From Candidatus Saccharimonadales bacterium (lineage in GTDB: Bacteria; Patescibacteriota; Saccharimonadia; Saccharimonadales; JBGTLD01): a stretch of DNA of 64,000 nucleotides. Of the stretch, positions 49,942-59,593 are shown piece by piece. Below the pieces are notes generated by a model, which did not search any database, was not told the origin of the DNA, and saw only the letters and a list, made by a program, of their open reading frames with translations. A program made the translations under genes and the position numbers. The stretch is taken from NCBI GenBank assembly GCA_041744275.1, contig JBGTLD010000013.1:16470-80469 (forward strand), given 5' to 3'. Within the stretch, counting starts at the first letter, position 1. Each line of letters starts with the position of its first letter.

Positions 49942-50400
49942 TTATATTATTGTAATCTTATCAAAATCATTTGCGGACGCAGTGATTCTACTTATGGCAC
50001 GGCTTCTACGTACCGACTCATAGCTAAAAAGCCCTGGCTCGCCAATAGAAAATGTACCCACTGATGGGCTGGCTTTATGTATAAATTCAATATGTATTCT
50101 GTTACCGGTTTGTACAACCTGCTTTAAACCCGAAACTGATAGTACAAGGGCCTCTTCAGTGATTTCAGTACCGAAGTGTTCTCTTGCGCACGTGGTAACG
50201 CGTTCGTTTTCAGTAAACAGCTGTCCAAGTGACAAAACCACAAAACCACTACGCTGTTGGGTAATTGCTGTTTTTATTCTGTCGATAGTACATTCTGGAC
50301 TTTTGGGCGTAAAAATACCCGCATCATGGCGGGCTACAATTTCTGGGACATCTAGTGATTGATTTGTCATACTAGAACTTAAGTATAAGACGAATGCCAA
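49942..50400 (-). CDS. hypothetical protein upstream of tilS
   Basis: 152-aa ORF with no motif. It occupies the position where hpt often lies but is not HPRT-like. Confidence 0.3.
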   Translation of the reverse strand: MAFVLYLSSSMTNQSLDVPEIVARHDAGIFTPKSPECTIDRIKTAITQQRSGFVVLSLGQLFTENERVTTCAREHFGTEITEEALVLSVSGLKQVVQTGNRIHIEFIHKASPSVGTFSIGEPGLFSYESVRRSRAISRITASANDFDKITII

Positions 50401-50601
50401 ACTACCACAACAGGTGACTAGTCAGAAGACCAAAAACATGCTATATTTTCCCCTGTTCTTAACGAATCCAAAATTGCAATCCAAGGAGCTGAAAGCGACT
50501 GAATGCGATTTTGAGAGGAGCTGGCTTGGTGGGATAATCAACAGTGTCGAGCAAATTTATTTTGTCGACAGTGTGGTTATCCCACTATCACACAGCGACG
50601 A

Positions 50602-50678
50602 GGCGGCATAGCTCAGCTGGTTAGAGCGCAGGACTCATAAGCCTGAGGTCGGTGGTTCAAGTCCACCTGCCGCTACCA
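50602..50678 (+). tRNA. tRNA with CAT anticodon, CCA encoded; likely tRNA-Ile2 (lysidine) or elongator tRNA-Met
   Basis: GGCGGCATAGCTCAGCTGGTTAGAGCGCAGGACTCATAAGCCTGAGGTCGGTGGTTCAAGTCCACCTGCCGCTACCA. G1-C72 is paired, so it is not an initiator. The D/T arms are very like bacterial tRNA-Ile. tilS lies about 700 bp away. Confidence 0.85.
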
Positions 50679-50687
50679 AGTGAAAAA

Positions 50688-50720
50688 TAGAGTACTCTCG
50701 AAAAGAGAGTATTTTTATTT
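50688..50720 (+). terminator. terminator hairpin after tRNA-CAT
   Basis: TACTCTC-gaaaa-GAGAGTA followed by TTTTTATTT. Confidence 0.55.
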
Positions 50721-50832
50721 ACACCTAATACGTCGAGGGCTTGAACCTTGGTCAAGAATACTCACTGAGTATTTGAGTTTTCCCTGCTTGGTCGAGACCT
50801 GAACGCATCCAAGTCGAGCATATTTAGTACAT

Positions 50833-50850
50833 GTCCACCTGCCGCTACCA
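50833..50850 (+). repeat. 18-nt exact copy of the 3' end of tRNA-CAT, 154 nt downstream of the tRNA
   Basis: gtccacctgccgctacca at 50833-50850 equals 50661-50678. Confidence 0.75.
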
Positions 50851-50880
50851 AGACAGAATCCTCCTACATGAAGCCAGCGT

Positions 50881-52752
50881 CTAAATGCGAGTTCTTGAGA
50901 GTAGTACAGAATTCAGTACGACTGAAAGCGAACTAAATGCCATTGCGAGCCCTGCTAGTGCTGGATTGAGAGTTAAGCCGGCACTAGCAAACACGCCAGC
51001 CGCAACTGGTATGGCAGAGGTGTTGTAGGCAAATGCCCAAAATAAGTTTTGTCGAATCTTACGGAACGTCTTATTGCTAAGTACAAGCGCACGCGGCACA
51101 TCACGAACGTCACTTTTAACGAGTACGATGTCGCCCGATTCAGCAGCAACATCAGTACCGCTCCCCATCGCGATGCCGACATCTGCGGCTGCGAGCGCTG
51201 GCGCATCGTTTATGCCATCGCCTACAAACGCAACCTTACCGCTTGCCTGCAGTTCTGTGACTTTAGCGAGTTTATCCTGTGGTAGAACTTCGGCAATTAC
51301 CTCAGTAATACCGACTTGCTTTGCGATTGCCTCGGCAGTTGCTTTATTGTCGCCAGTAAGCATTATTGGTTCCAGACCCATTTTTCGTAGGCGTTCAATC
51401 GCCGCCTTAGCGTGTGTTTTAGGCTCATCGGCAATAGCGATAATGCCGATTACCTTTCCTGCTGATTCAACTGCAACGACAGTCTTGCCTTGCTTTTGGA
51501 GCTTTGAAAAGTCGTCGCCATATGGATTGTCGTGCCTCGGCTTACCGACATAGATTTCCTTACTAGCAAGCTTAGCCGAAACGCCATTACCTTCAATTGC
51601 CTTAAACTGCGTTACCCGAGAAACAGAAAGCTTCTGCTGCTTGGCTTTTTTCAATATGGCACTTGCCAGTGGATGCTCAGAAGACTGCTCTGCTGCAGCT
51701 GCGACTTCTAGCGTTTTTTTGTCGCCGATAATATCCGTAACTACCGGACTACCTATCGTGAGTGTGCCAGTTTTATCGAACACAACGTAGCGAATGCCGC
51801 GGGCTGACTCTAGCACCTTGCCGCTCTTAATAAGTACGCCCATTTTTGCGCCCAGACTAGTGCCGACCATTAGGGCGGTAGGGGTAGCAATACCAAGTGC
51901 GCACGGACAAGCAATGATAACAACACCAATTGCATACAGTAGGCTGGCCGTGAAGGCTTCACCAATTAACACAAACCAAACATTAAACGTCAGTATTGCC
52001 AAGATAATAACCAGTGGCACAAAATAAGATGAAACTTGATCTGCAACACGCTGAATAGGCGCCTTGGTGGTTTGAGCACGACGGACCATCTCAACGATTT
52101 GTGCCAGCATCGTATCGGAGCCTATCTTAGTAGCCTCGTAGACAAGCGTTCCGTTGGTGTTAACTGTAGCTCCGATAACATTGTCCCCAACGCGCTTCTT
52201 CACTGGCACGCTCTCGCCGGTTATCATCGATTCGTCTACCCGTGATTCGCCTTCGATCACCTTGCCGTCAACTGCCAAGCGCTCACCAGGCCGAACCTTG
52301 ATTGTGTCGCCAACATTCACATCGGTGATTGCAATCTTCTTTTCTTCGCCATCAATAATCACCACGACTTCTTGAGGTTGCAAGTTTAGCAGCGATTCAA
52401 TTGCTTTAGATGCTCGACCCTTGCTGATTTCCTCGAGTAATTGCCCAAGTAATATGAAAAATATTAGAAAAGCTGCAATTTCAAAGTAGACTGCAAGCCC
52501 AGCCACCAGGGCGTACAAACTATATGTGTATGCCGTAAGTGTACCAAGCGATATGAGTGTGTCCATATTGGCATTACGGTTCTTGAACGCAGCCCAGGCG
52601 CTCTTGTGAAACCTTAGCCCAGTACCAAATACAACTGGAGTCGATAGCGCCCACATAGTATAACCGTGTCCCGGTAGCGTACCACCGAGCATTTCGAATA
52701 GCATCGGCACGCTCAATACAAAACTAATTAAGGTTAGATATTTTAACTTCAT
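50881..52752 (-). CDS. copA: copper-translocating P1B-type ATPase (CopA-like, no N-terminal HMA domain)
   Basis: TGES, CPC ([11 protein letters not shown]), [17 protein letters not shown] and HP motifs. Confidence 0.9.
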   Translation of the reverse strand: MKLKYLTLISFVLSVPMLFEMLGGTLPGHGYTMWALSTPVVFGTGLRFHKSAWAAFKNRNANMDTLISLGTLTAYTYSLYALVAGLAVYFEIAAFLIFFILLGQLLEEISKGRASKAIESLLNLQPQEVVVIIDGEEKKIAITDVNVGDTIKVRPGERLAVDGKVIEGESRVDESMITGESVPVKKRVGDNVIGATVNTNGTLVYEATKIGSDTMLAQIVEMVRRAQTTKAPIQRVADQVSSYFVPLVIILAILTFNVWFVLIGEAFTASLLYAIGVVIIACPCALGIATPTALMVGTSLGAKMGVLIKSGKVLESARGIRYVVFDKTGTLTIGSPVVTDIIGDKKTLEVAAAAEQSSEHPLASAILKKAKQQKLSVSRVTQFKAIEGNGVSAKLASKEIYVGKPRHDNPYGDDFSKLQKQGKTVVAVESAGKVIGIIAIADEPKTHAKAAIERLRKMGLEPIMLTGDNKATAEAIAKQVGITEVIAEVLPQDKLAKVTELQASGKVAFVGDGINDAPALAAADVGIAMGSGTDVAAESGDIVLVKSDVRDVPRALVLSNKTFRKIRQNLFWAFAYNTSAIPVAAGVFASAGLTLNPALAGLAMAFSSLSVVLNSVLLSRTRI

Positions 52753-53120
52753 TTTACGACCACCTTACCGTGGTACATACGCATACCGCACGAATAAGCA
52801 TATTCGCCGGGTTCAAGCTCTGGCAGCTCAATGATATCTTCACCGTTTAGTTCTAACTTCTTTTGGATTCCAAAATCAGGAAATATGACTTCTTCTAAAC
52901 AACCCGACGCATCTTTACGTCTAAAGGTGAGTGTTACTGGTTTATGCGCTTGCACAGTGGTTATTTCAGGGTTGTAGCCACCATTTACGGTAATCGATGC
53001 GTTCTGAGTATTACCACTCTCAGTAGCGCTACCCTGACTTTCTGAGCGGCCAAAAAACCACCACACAACAAAAGCCATGACGCCACCTGAAATAAGTATC
53101 GAGAGTAAAGATATTAGCAT
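52749..53120 (-). CDS. membrane-anchored cupredoxin-like copper-binding protein
   Basis: N-terminal TM and a C-terminal [10 protein letters not shown] Cys/Met/His cluster. Confidence 0.5.
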   Translation of the reverse strand: MLISLLSILISGGVMAFVVWWFFGRSESQGSATESGNTQNASITVNGGYNPEITTVQAHKPVTLTFRRKDASGCLEEVIFPDFGIQKKLELNGEDIIELPELEPGEYAYSCGMRMYHGKVVVK

Positions 53121-53524
53121 TAGTTGTGCATTCCTCCGTCCATGTGATCGCCAGAATCATTTTTCATTCCGCCCATATACCCCCACTCTTCGAGCCAGCC
53201 ATTCATCATATTGGTTTCTTGGCTTTGCGTTCTGATGATATCGTCTGCAAGCCTCCTCATTTCTTCTCGATTAGAACGACTAGCTACAAGCTCAGCCATA
53301 TCAACAGCGCCCTCATGATGAACGATCATTTCTTCAAGAAACACTTTTTCAAATTCTTCACCATTGAGCCTACTTAATTCATCGGTCATTGATTGGTTAT
53401 GACTAAGTCCAGCGTCACTAGCCGCAGTATCAGATCGGCCTTGTCCCGCAACCACAAATCCTGCAGCGGTTATTGTAACCCCTATGATTACACCGTATAG
53501 ACCGTTTAAATATTCCTTCTTCAT
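53120..53524 (-). CDS. DUF305 family protein (copper-resistance associated)
   Basis: MIVHHEGAVDMA motif. Confidence 0.65.
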   Translation of the reverse strand: MKKEYLNGLYGVIIGVTITAAGFVVAGQGRSDTAASDAGLSHNQSMTDELSRLNGEEFEKVFLEEMIVHHEGAVDMAELVASRSNREEMRRLADDIIRTQSQETNMMNGWLEEWGYMGGMKNDSGDHMDGGMHN

Positions 53525-54315
53525 GTCTTTGCTCCTTCGTTAATTATTCTCACTACTTCTTCTGGCTTTTCCAGTGGAAGCTGATGTGATGCATCGAGTT
53601 CAATAAACTGAATGTCCGGGAACTTCCGGCGTAATTGCTGTAAGTCTAGACTTTTAAGTAACGTGTCACGCGATCCATAGACGATTGTCGTCGGTACCTG
53701 GATACCCGCGAGCTCTTCAATAACATTTTGGTCGATAATTGTGTTTTGCATGCTTCGTGAGTAAGAGGTCCAGTTGTGATCAAGTGAATCGTGGGCAATC
53801 TCTGCCGGGACATCACGTGTTACGAACGGCACTATCGCCTTCATAACAGGCCTCATGTAGCACATCGCCTTGCACATGAGCCATGCTGTCGGCCCAAACA
53901 TCATGATCTTCGGGGTTATATTCGAATGCTTAATCTCGGACCTAGCTGTTTGCTTGTCTTTGAAGACTGGCATGCTAATCAATATCAATCTACTTACGCT
54001 GCCAGGATACATGGTTGCATAGCGCAAGCTCACAATAGAACCCAACGAGTGGCCAACAAGCGTAAACGTGCCAAGCTTAACCTGAGCAAGGCTGCTATGA
54101 ACGGCTTCGGCATGAGTATCTGCGCTGTAGGTGCTACCAGTTGGCTTAGGAGAATCACCAAACCCCAGTAGATCAAGCGCAATGACACGCCATGTAGCGT
54201 TTAGGCACTGCTCAACCTTGCCCCAATATCTATGAGACCCCATAAGCCCGTGCAAGAACACGACTGGTGTGCCACCTCCTGAGTCGGTAAAGTTCAGGGT
54301 TTGCGCCGTAGCCAT
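53521..54315 (-). CDS. alpha/beta hydrolase
   Basis: HGLMGS... GHSLGS nucleophile elbow. A C-terminal His follows an Asp. Confidence 0.7.
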   Translation of the reverse strand: MATAQTLNFTDSGGGTPVVFLHGLMGSHRYWGKVEQCLNATWRVIALDLLGFGDSPKPTGSTYSADTHAEAVHSSLAQVKLGTFTLVGHSLGSIVSLRYATMYPGSVSRLILISMPVFKDKQTARSEIKHSNITPKIMMFGPTAWLMCKAMCYMRPVMKAIVPFVTRDVPAEIAHDSLDHNWTSYSRSMQNTIIDQNVIEELAGIQVPTTIVYGSRDTLLKSLDLQQLRRKFPDIQFIELDASHQLPLEKPEEVVRIINEGAKT

Positions 54316-54647
54316 TATTTACTCCTGACGTTATTGAGCTCATACAGCCCGAGCAGCTCATCAATCGCTTTGTCTTGGTTGCCAGACTGAATGTCGGCGG
54401 TTACGTGTGTCCGTAGGTGGTTTTCGAGTATTAGCTTATTGAGGGAACTGAGCGAACGCTGAATCGCCAAGCTCTGCGTCAGGATATCCATGCAATATTC
54501 ACTCGAATCTATCATTTTTTCTAAGCCTTTGAGTTGGCCTTGCAAAATTTTGCTCCGGTGAAGTGCGCGCTTTTGTATAGATTCAATCATACGTAATAGT
54601 ATACCCCAGTATGGTATTAATATCAACTCATGACTATTTACTTGCAT
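54315..54647 (-). CDS. csoR: CsoR/RcnR-family metal-sensing repressor
   Basis: LKGLEKMI...EYCMDILTQSLAIQRSL...ENHLRTH, with the C-x-H-x-C-like W-X-Y-Z residues. First gene of the copper cluster. Confidence 0.75.
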   Translation of the reverse strand: MQVNSHELILIPYWGILLRMIESIQKRALHRSKILQGQLKGLEKMIDSSEYCMDILTQSLAIQRSLSSLNKLILENHLRTHVTADIQSGNQDKAIDELLGLYELNNVRSK

Positions 54648-55182
54648 GCAAAAGCCCCCTGGTTTCCCCGGGGGCTTTCTCGCAAACTACTGGCGCATTA
54701 CCTGGTTACAATTATGATTGATTTACCAGCTATGCGTAGCTTCGATCTCTTATTTGTTGACCGCAATGGTCTACGAATATCTTGAATTAACATTATGATC
54801 AATCCTTTTTAACTTTTTTGTTTTTTATAGTTCGCGTAATATGTCATCTAGGCCGAGTATGATCTCGTTATTTGTACTGACAAATTCATACGCTAATTCA
54901 TGCCCGAGTGTTAGCACATCTTTGATTCCTTATTATTTATTTTGATAGTGTTTGTTTTGATGCATCAACAGGAACTATTGTATAGTACTTTTGCTTATTT
55001 GTCAATATACTACTTTCGAATGTTTGCTTTAAACTTTGGCTTGTGGTTTAATTCTTGTACAGGTTCTTAACTGTTAGCTAGATAAGTCGATATGTTTCTT
55101 GGTTTTTCATGAGCAGGTTCGGTCGAAGAAGCAGAACAAGTAAGGGGTCGAGCCTGATCGTTAATAATCAAGGAACTTATCA

Positions 55183-55512
55183 ATGTACAAATTATTTGTA
55201 GGTGGTTTGCCATTCTCAACATCAGACGATGAACTAGCAGAAGCTTTTGCTGTTCATGGTACTGTTGCAAGTGCTAAAGTTATCACTGACCGTGAAACTG
55301 GACGCAGCAAAGGTTTCGGATTCGTAGAATTCGAAAACGATGAAGAAGGCAAAGCAGCCGAAAAAGCTCTCAACAATGCAGAGCTTGGTGGCCGCACAAT
55401 CACAGTCAACGAAGCACGTCCTAAAGAAGATCGACCTCGTCGAGACTTCAATGGTGGCGGTGGCAACGGTGGCGGTGGTGGTGGCGGTTCATTCCGACAA
55501 CGCAGCTGGTAA
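55183..55512 (+). CDS. RRM-type RNA-binding protein with Gly-rich tail
   Basis: RNP2 LFVGGL and RNP1 KGFGFVEF. GGGGNGGGGGGG tail. Confidence 0.9.
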   Translation: MYKLFVGGLPFSTSDDELAEAFAVHGTVASAKVITDRETGRSKGFGFVEFENDEEGKAAEKALNNAELGGRTITVNEARPKEDRPRRDFNGGGGNGGGGGGGSFRQRSW

Positions 55513-55535
55513 TTTCATTACCTGCTAACGCATAA

Positions 55536-55571
55536 AAACACTCTCACTTGTGGGAGTGTTTTTATTTTATG
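55536..55571 (+). terminator. Rho-independent terminator after the RRM gene
   Basis: AAAAACACTCTCAC-ttgt-GGGAGTGTTTTTATTTT. Confidence 0.7.
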
Positions 55572-55588
55572 CCGTACACTACTAGGGT

Positions 55589-56311
55589 ATGAAAGAACAA
55601 AAAAGACGGCTTGGTTTTATACTAATTCTCAGTTTTATAGCTATCGGGAACTTTCTCGTTACAAGAACACCCGAGCAGCCACAACCAAGCCCACAACCAG
55701 CAGTCATGGGAGAGTCAGAAGATAGAGACACTCCGCTCGCATCTAACGTACTCCAGCAACTCGAAGTTAAGGGTCGTGCCCCTAAAACAGATTATGCACG
55801 GAGTCAGTTCGGCTCAGGATGGGATTCTGCAGGTGGGTGTAATGTTCGTAATCTTATACTAGCTCGTGACATGACAGACGTAGTGACACGGTCAGAAACC
55901 GATTGTAGAGTTGTTTCTGGCACACTTAATGACCCTTATACAGGTAAGGCTATCGCCTTTGTGAGCGGAGCCAACACAAGTACAGACGTACAGATTGATC
56001 ACGTTGTTGCGCTATCCGATGCGTGGCAAAAAGGAGCGCAGCAAATTGGCGAGATAGAACGCCAAAGATTCTCAAACGACCCACTCAACTTGCTTGCGGT
56101 AGAAGGCGCTGCGAATCAGCAAAAAGGCGATGGAGACGCCGCTACATGGCTGCCGCCAAATCGTGTATACAGGTGCATGTACGTAGCCCGGCAAATTGCT
56201 GTAAAAAAACGCTATACCTTGTGGGTTACACCTGCAGAAAAAGACGCCATGAGCCGAGTACTACAAACGTGCCCTGAACAGCAATTGCCTCGGACTGGAA
56301 CTATTTTATAA
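55589..56311 (+). CDS. membrane-anchored DUF1524 (HNH-like) nuclease
   Basis: N-terminal TM and IDHVVALSDAW...FSNDPLNLLAVEGAANQQKGDGD motif. Confidence 0.6.
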   Translation: MKEQKRRLGFILILSFIAIGNFLVTRTPEQPQPSPQPAVMGESEDRDTPLASNVLQQLEVKGRAPKTDYARSQFGSGWDSAGGCNVRNLILARDMTDVVTRSETDCRVVSGTLNDPYTGKAIAFVSGANTSTDVQIDHVVALSDAWQKGAQQIGEIERQRFSNDPLNLLAVEGAANQQKGDGDAATWLPPNRVYRCMYVARQIAVKKRYTLWVTPAEKDAMSRVLQTCPEQQLPRTGTIL

Positions 56312-56341
56312 CGTGAAGTAATTGCCGACACTGCATGTTCT

Positions 56342-57802
56342 ATGCATAATGCTCGCATGGTGTCATTCAAAAAGAAACTACACGTATCGTGGCATGTTGC
56401 AGTGGCATCATTTGGTGTTGTTTTAGGATGTGCTGCAGCCCCTGCACTTCAGCTCACGAGTGATATCAGTCTACTTTTTATAGGTATAGGCATGCTGCTT
56501 GTTGTGTGTAGTAATAGACGCGTAGGGTTTATGATTTTAGCACTCATTGCAGGGAGTCTTATTGGTACATGGCGCGGAAGTAGTAGCTACAGCGAACTTC
56601 AAGTTTACAAAGATTTGATAGGTGGACAGCTGTCTGTTACAGGTAAGGTTGCTGAAGATGCAACAATCGGACAACGAGGTGATCAGCGTATACGACTTGA
56701 AAATACACGATCAGAAGGCACGACATTACCTGGCAGTATATGGGTTAGTACAATAAAGCCACTCGACATAAAGCGGGGTGATATTATAACGGCGAGCGGC
56801 TTACTGGGAGAAGGCTTTGGAACGATAAATGCATCAATGTATCGTGCAAATATTCAGCGTATTGAGCGCCCAAACCCTGGTGATATTGCAAGACAAATAC
56901 GTGATACCTTTGCGGATGGTGTACGTGTTGGTATTCCCGAACCACAAGCAAGTTTGGGTGTTGGTTATTTAGTTGGCCAGCGCAGTACACTGCCAGAAGA
57001 CCTTACTGAACAGTTACGTACAGTTGGCCTTACGCATGCAATTGTTGCGAGCGGTTATAACCTAACAATACTTGTGAGCCTTACACGTAGGGTATTTGCG
57101 AGGTTTTCTAAATACCTTGCAGCACTGAGTGGCACGGTACTTATTTGGTGTTTTATACTCATCACCGGGTTTAGCCCATCAATGACACGGGCAGGAATTG
57201 TATCTGGGCTTGGACTACTTGCTTGGTACTACGGCAGAAGGTCCCACCCTATCGTTATTTTAAGCTTTGCTGCAGCAATCACGGTGTTACTTAACCCCAG
57301 TTACGTTTGGGGTGACCTTGGCTGGTTTCTCTCGTTTGCATCATTTGCAGGTATATTACTCATGGCGCCACTATTGCATCACTATTTTTGGGGCAATAAA
57401 AAGCCTGGTATCATTCGCCAATTGGTTTTGGAGACAACATCTGCGCAGCTTATCACGATGCCAATTATCCTTTTTGCATTTAACCAGTACTCACCATATG
57501 CCTTGCTTGCTAATGTTTTAGCGCTTCCCTTGGTTCCTTTAGCTATGCTTACTACTTTTATTGCAGGTTTGACGGGTCTCTTCGCACCTGTGATTGCACA
57601 CATTGTAAGTTTTCCAGCAACAATACTACTTAGTTACACGACATCGCTTGTGGAAAAAGTAGCGGCGTTACCGGGAGCCAAAAGTGAAATTTCGTTCTCG
57701 GCAGTTCAAGTAATTATAAGTTATGTATTTTTGATAATAGTGCTGTTTTATATATGGCTTAAGACAAAACATAACTTCAGAAAAGACGATAATAATTTAT
57801 AA
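56342..57802 (+). CDS. comEC: ComEC/Rec2-family DNA internalisation channel (no C-terminal metallo-beta-lactamase domain)
   Basis: Competence domain (GLTHAIVASGYNLTIL) inside a polytopic membrane protein. An OB-like N-terminal region is present. Confidence 0.7.
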   Translation: MHNARMVSFKKKLHVSWHVAVASFGVVLGCAAAPALQLTSDISLLFIGIGMLLVVCSNRRVGFMILALIAGSLIGTWRGSSSYSELQVYKDLIGGQLSVTGKVAEDATIGQRGDQRIRLENTRSEGTTLPGSIWVSTIKPLDIKRGDIITASGLLGEGFGTINASMYRANIQRIERPNPGDIARQIRDTFADGVRVGIPEPQASLGVGYLVGQRSTLPEDLTEQLRTVGLTHAIVASGYNLTILVSLTRRVFARFSKYLAALSGTVLIWCFILITGFSPSMTRAGIVSGLGLLAWYYGRRSHPIVILSFAAAITVLLNPSYVWGDLGWFLSFASFAGILLMAPLLHHYFWGNKKPGIIRQLVLETTSAQLITMPIILFAFNQYSPYALLANVLALPLVPLAMLTTFIAGLTGLFAPVIAHIVSFPATILLSYTTSLVEKVAALPGAKSEISFSAVQVIISYVFLIIVLFYIWLKTKHNFRKDDNNL

Positions 57803-57860
57803 ATACTTCACATAAGAAAGTTGTTTAGTTTTATATAAATCAGGTGTATTATTCTATTTA

Positions 57861-59591
57861 ATGCTTAAGTTAATGAACTATCTCGTAGCTATCGTTACTT
57901 TTTTCCTATCTTTTCAAGGAATGCCCGTTTACGCCCAAGACACGACCCAAAGCGAACCCGAAGTGATTATCTCTGGGATTAAAACAGGTGGCAGCGGCAC
58001 CACTGACCAAGAGTTTGTTGAACTCTATAATCAATCAGATGTACCTGTGTCGTTAAAAGGCTGGCAAGTGCGATATGCAGCCAAAGATACTACTGGTACG
58101 GGAGTCGCGAAGGTCTCTATCCCACTCAACTCAACCTTAAGTATTGAACCTAATTCATATTTTTTAGCAGCAACAAGCTCCTTCGCATCACTCCTCGACC
58201 CTCAAACTACTTACACATTGTTTAGTGCAGGCTTTTCAGATACGGCAGGCCATATAATACTCGTAAACGATGTAGGATTGGAAGTTGATCGAATAGGCTG
58301 GGGTACAGCAAGCTACCCTTTGATTCAGGCAATACCTAGTGCCCACCTATCCGGCAGCTCAATAAAAAGATGTATTACACCACAAGGCTTATTCTCCGTT
58401 TCTCGCAATAATTTTACTGATTTCAGAGTAGTTAACTCACCGTTACTACTACTTCCGGGCCCGCCATGTGTACCCGAAGAAACTATTGAACTACCCGAAA
58501 GTCCAGATGTACCAAAAGATGAAGAGCCCGTTATTGAACCCCCTTTGCAGCCTACACTCACCTGTGAAGGTATAGTTTTATCTGAATTATTACCAAACCC
58601 AAGCGGCAGCGACACTGGCCGTGAGTTTATAGAGTTACATAACCCGACAAACGAGGTTATAGAGCTTAACGGGTGTTCTTTGCAAACGAGTGCAAACAGT
58701 AAAATATATAACTTGGACATACTTTCCATGCAGCCTGGATCATATCTTGCATTTAGTGATACCACGAGTGGCTTAACTCTGCCAAATGCAGCAGGTGGCA
58801 CTGTATGGTTGCTATCTCCACATGATGAAATAAGCACGGTGACCTACCCTGGCAATATAATCGATGACGTAGCGTGGGCGCTTATATCCGACGTATGGCA
58901 AAGTACATTTATACCAACGCCGGGTGATGCAAACATAGCAATGCCACAAAAACCATGTGCAACTGGGCAAGAGCGGAACCCAGAGACAGGCCTTTGCCGT
59001 ACTATACCCACAGAAACAGTCCTTACTCCATGCCGCGAAGGCCAGGAAAGAAATCCTGAAACGAATCGATGTCGGAATATTATAAGCTTTATGACAAATT
59101 TATTTCCCTGTAATGAAGGTCAGGAGCGGAGTCCGGAAACAAATCGATGTCGCGGCGTATCACTTTCAGTAAGTACACTTAACCCTTGTCGACAAGGTCA
59201 AATTAGAAACCCAGATACAAATAGGTGTCGGAATGTTCTCGCAGCAACCAACACACTAATACCATGCAAAGTAGGTCAGGAGCGGAGTCCGGAAACAAAT
59301 CGATGTCGGAATATTGCAAACGCCTCGCTTGCTTCTTGCAAAATTGGCCAAGAACGGAACCCAGATACAAATAGGTGTCGCAAAATACAAGCAGTACAAA
59401 CGACTGCAAGTGTCATTGTTGAGGACATACCAGCGCCAATAATCCAAAGTAGCCGCAATGCCATTATCGCAATAGCTGCGGTGGTTGGTGGCTTAGGCTA
59501 TGCTCTATACGAATGGCGCAAAGACGTACAAAACCTTTGGTTTACGCGTAAATCAAATGCCTCTTTTTCAAAAATCGTGAAAAGAAAGTAA
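57861..59591 (+). CDS. secreted, C-terminally anchored protein with two lamin-tail domains and six Cys-pair repeats
   Basis: Signal peptide. LTD motifs (IISGIKTGGSGTTDQEFVELYNQSD and LSELLPNPSGSDTGREFIELHNPTN). Six repeats of P-C-x-x-G-Q-E-R-N-P-E-T-N-R-C-R. C-terminal TM plus basic tail. Confidence 0.7.
   Translation: MLKLMNYLVAIVTFFLSFQGMPVYAQDTTQSEPEVIISGIKTGGSGTTDQEFVELYNQSDVPVSLKGWQVRYAAKDTTGTGVAKVSIPLNSTLSIEPNSYFLAATSSFASLLDPQTTYTLFSAGFSDTAGHIILVNDVGLEVDRIGWGTASYPLIQAIPSAHLSGSSIKRCITPQGLFSVSRNNFTDFRVVNSPLLLLPGPPCVPEETIELPESPDVPKDEEPVIEPPLQPTLTCEGIVLSELLPNPSGSDTGREFIELHNPTNEVIELNGCSLQTSANSKIYNLDILSMQPGSYLAFSDTTSGLTLPNAAGGTVWLLSPHDEISTVTYPGNIIDDVAWALISDVWQSTFIPTPGDANIAMPQKPCATGQERNPETGLCRTIPTETVLTPCREGQERNPETNRCRNIISFMTNLFPCNEGQERSPETNRCRGVSLSVSTLNPCRQGQIRNPDTNRCRNVLAATNTLIPCKVGQERSPETNRCRNIANASLASCKIGQERNPDTNRCRKIQAVQTTASVIVEDIPAPIIQSSRNAIIAIAAVVGGLGYALYEWRKDVQNLWFTRKSNASFSKIVKRK
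58953..59410 (+). repeat. six tandem ~75-78-bp coding repeats (CxxGQERNPETNRCR units) inside the LTD protein gene
   Basis: Near-identical 36-nt cores (aggtcaggagcggagtccggaaacaaatcgatgtcg) occur twice. The other copies are diverged. Confidence 0.7.
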
Positions 59592-59593
59592 GC

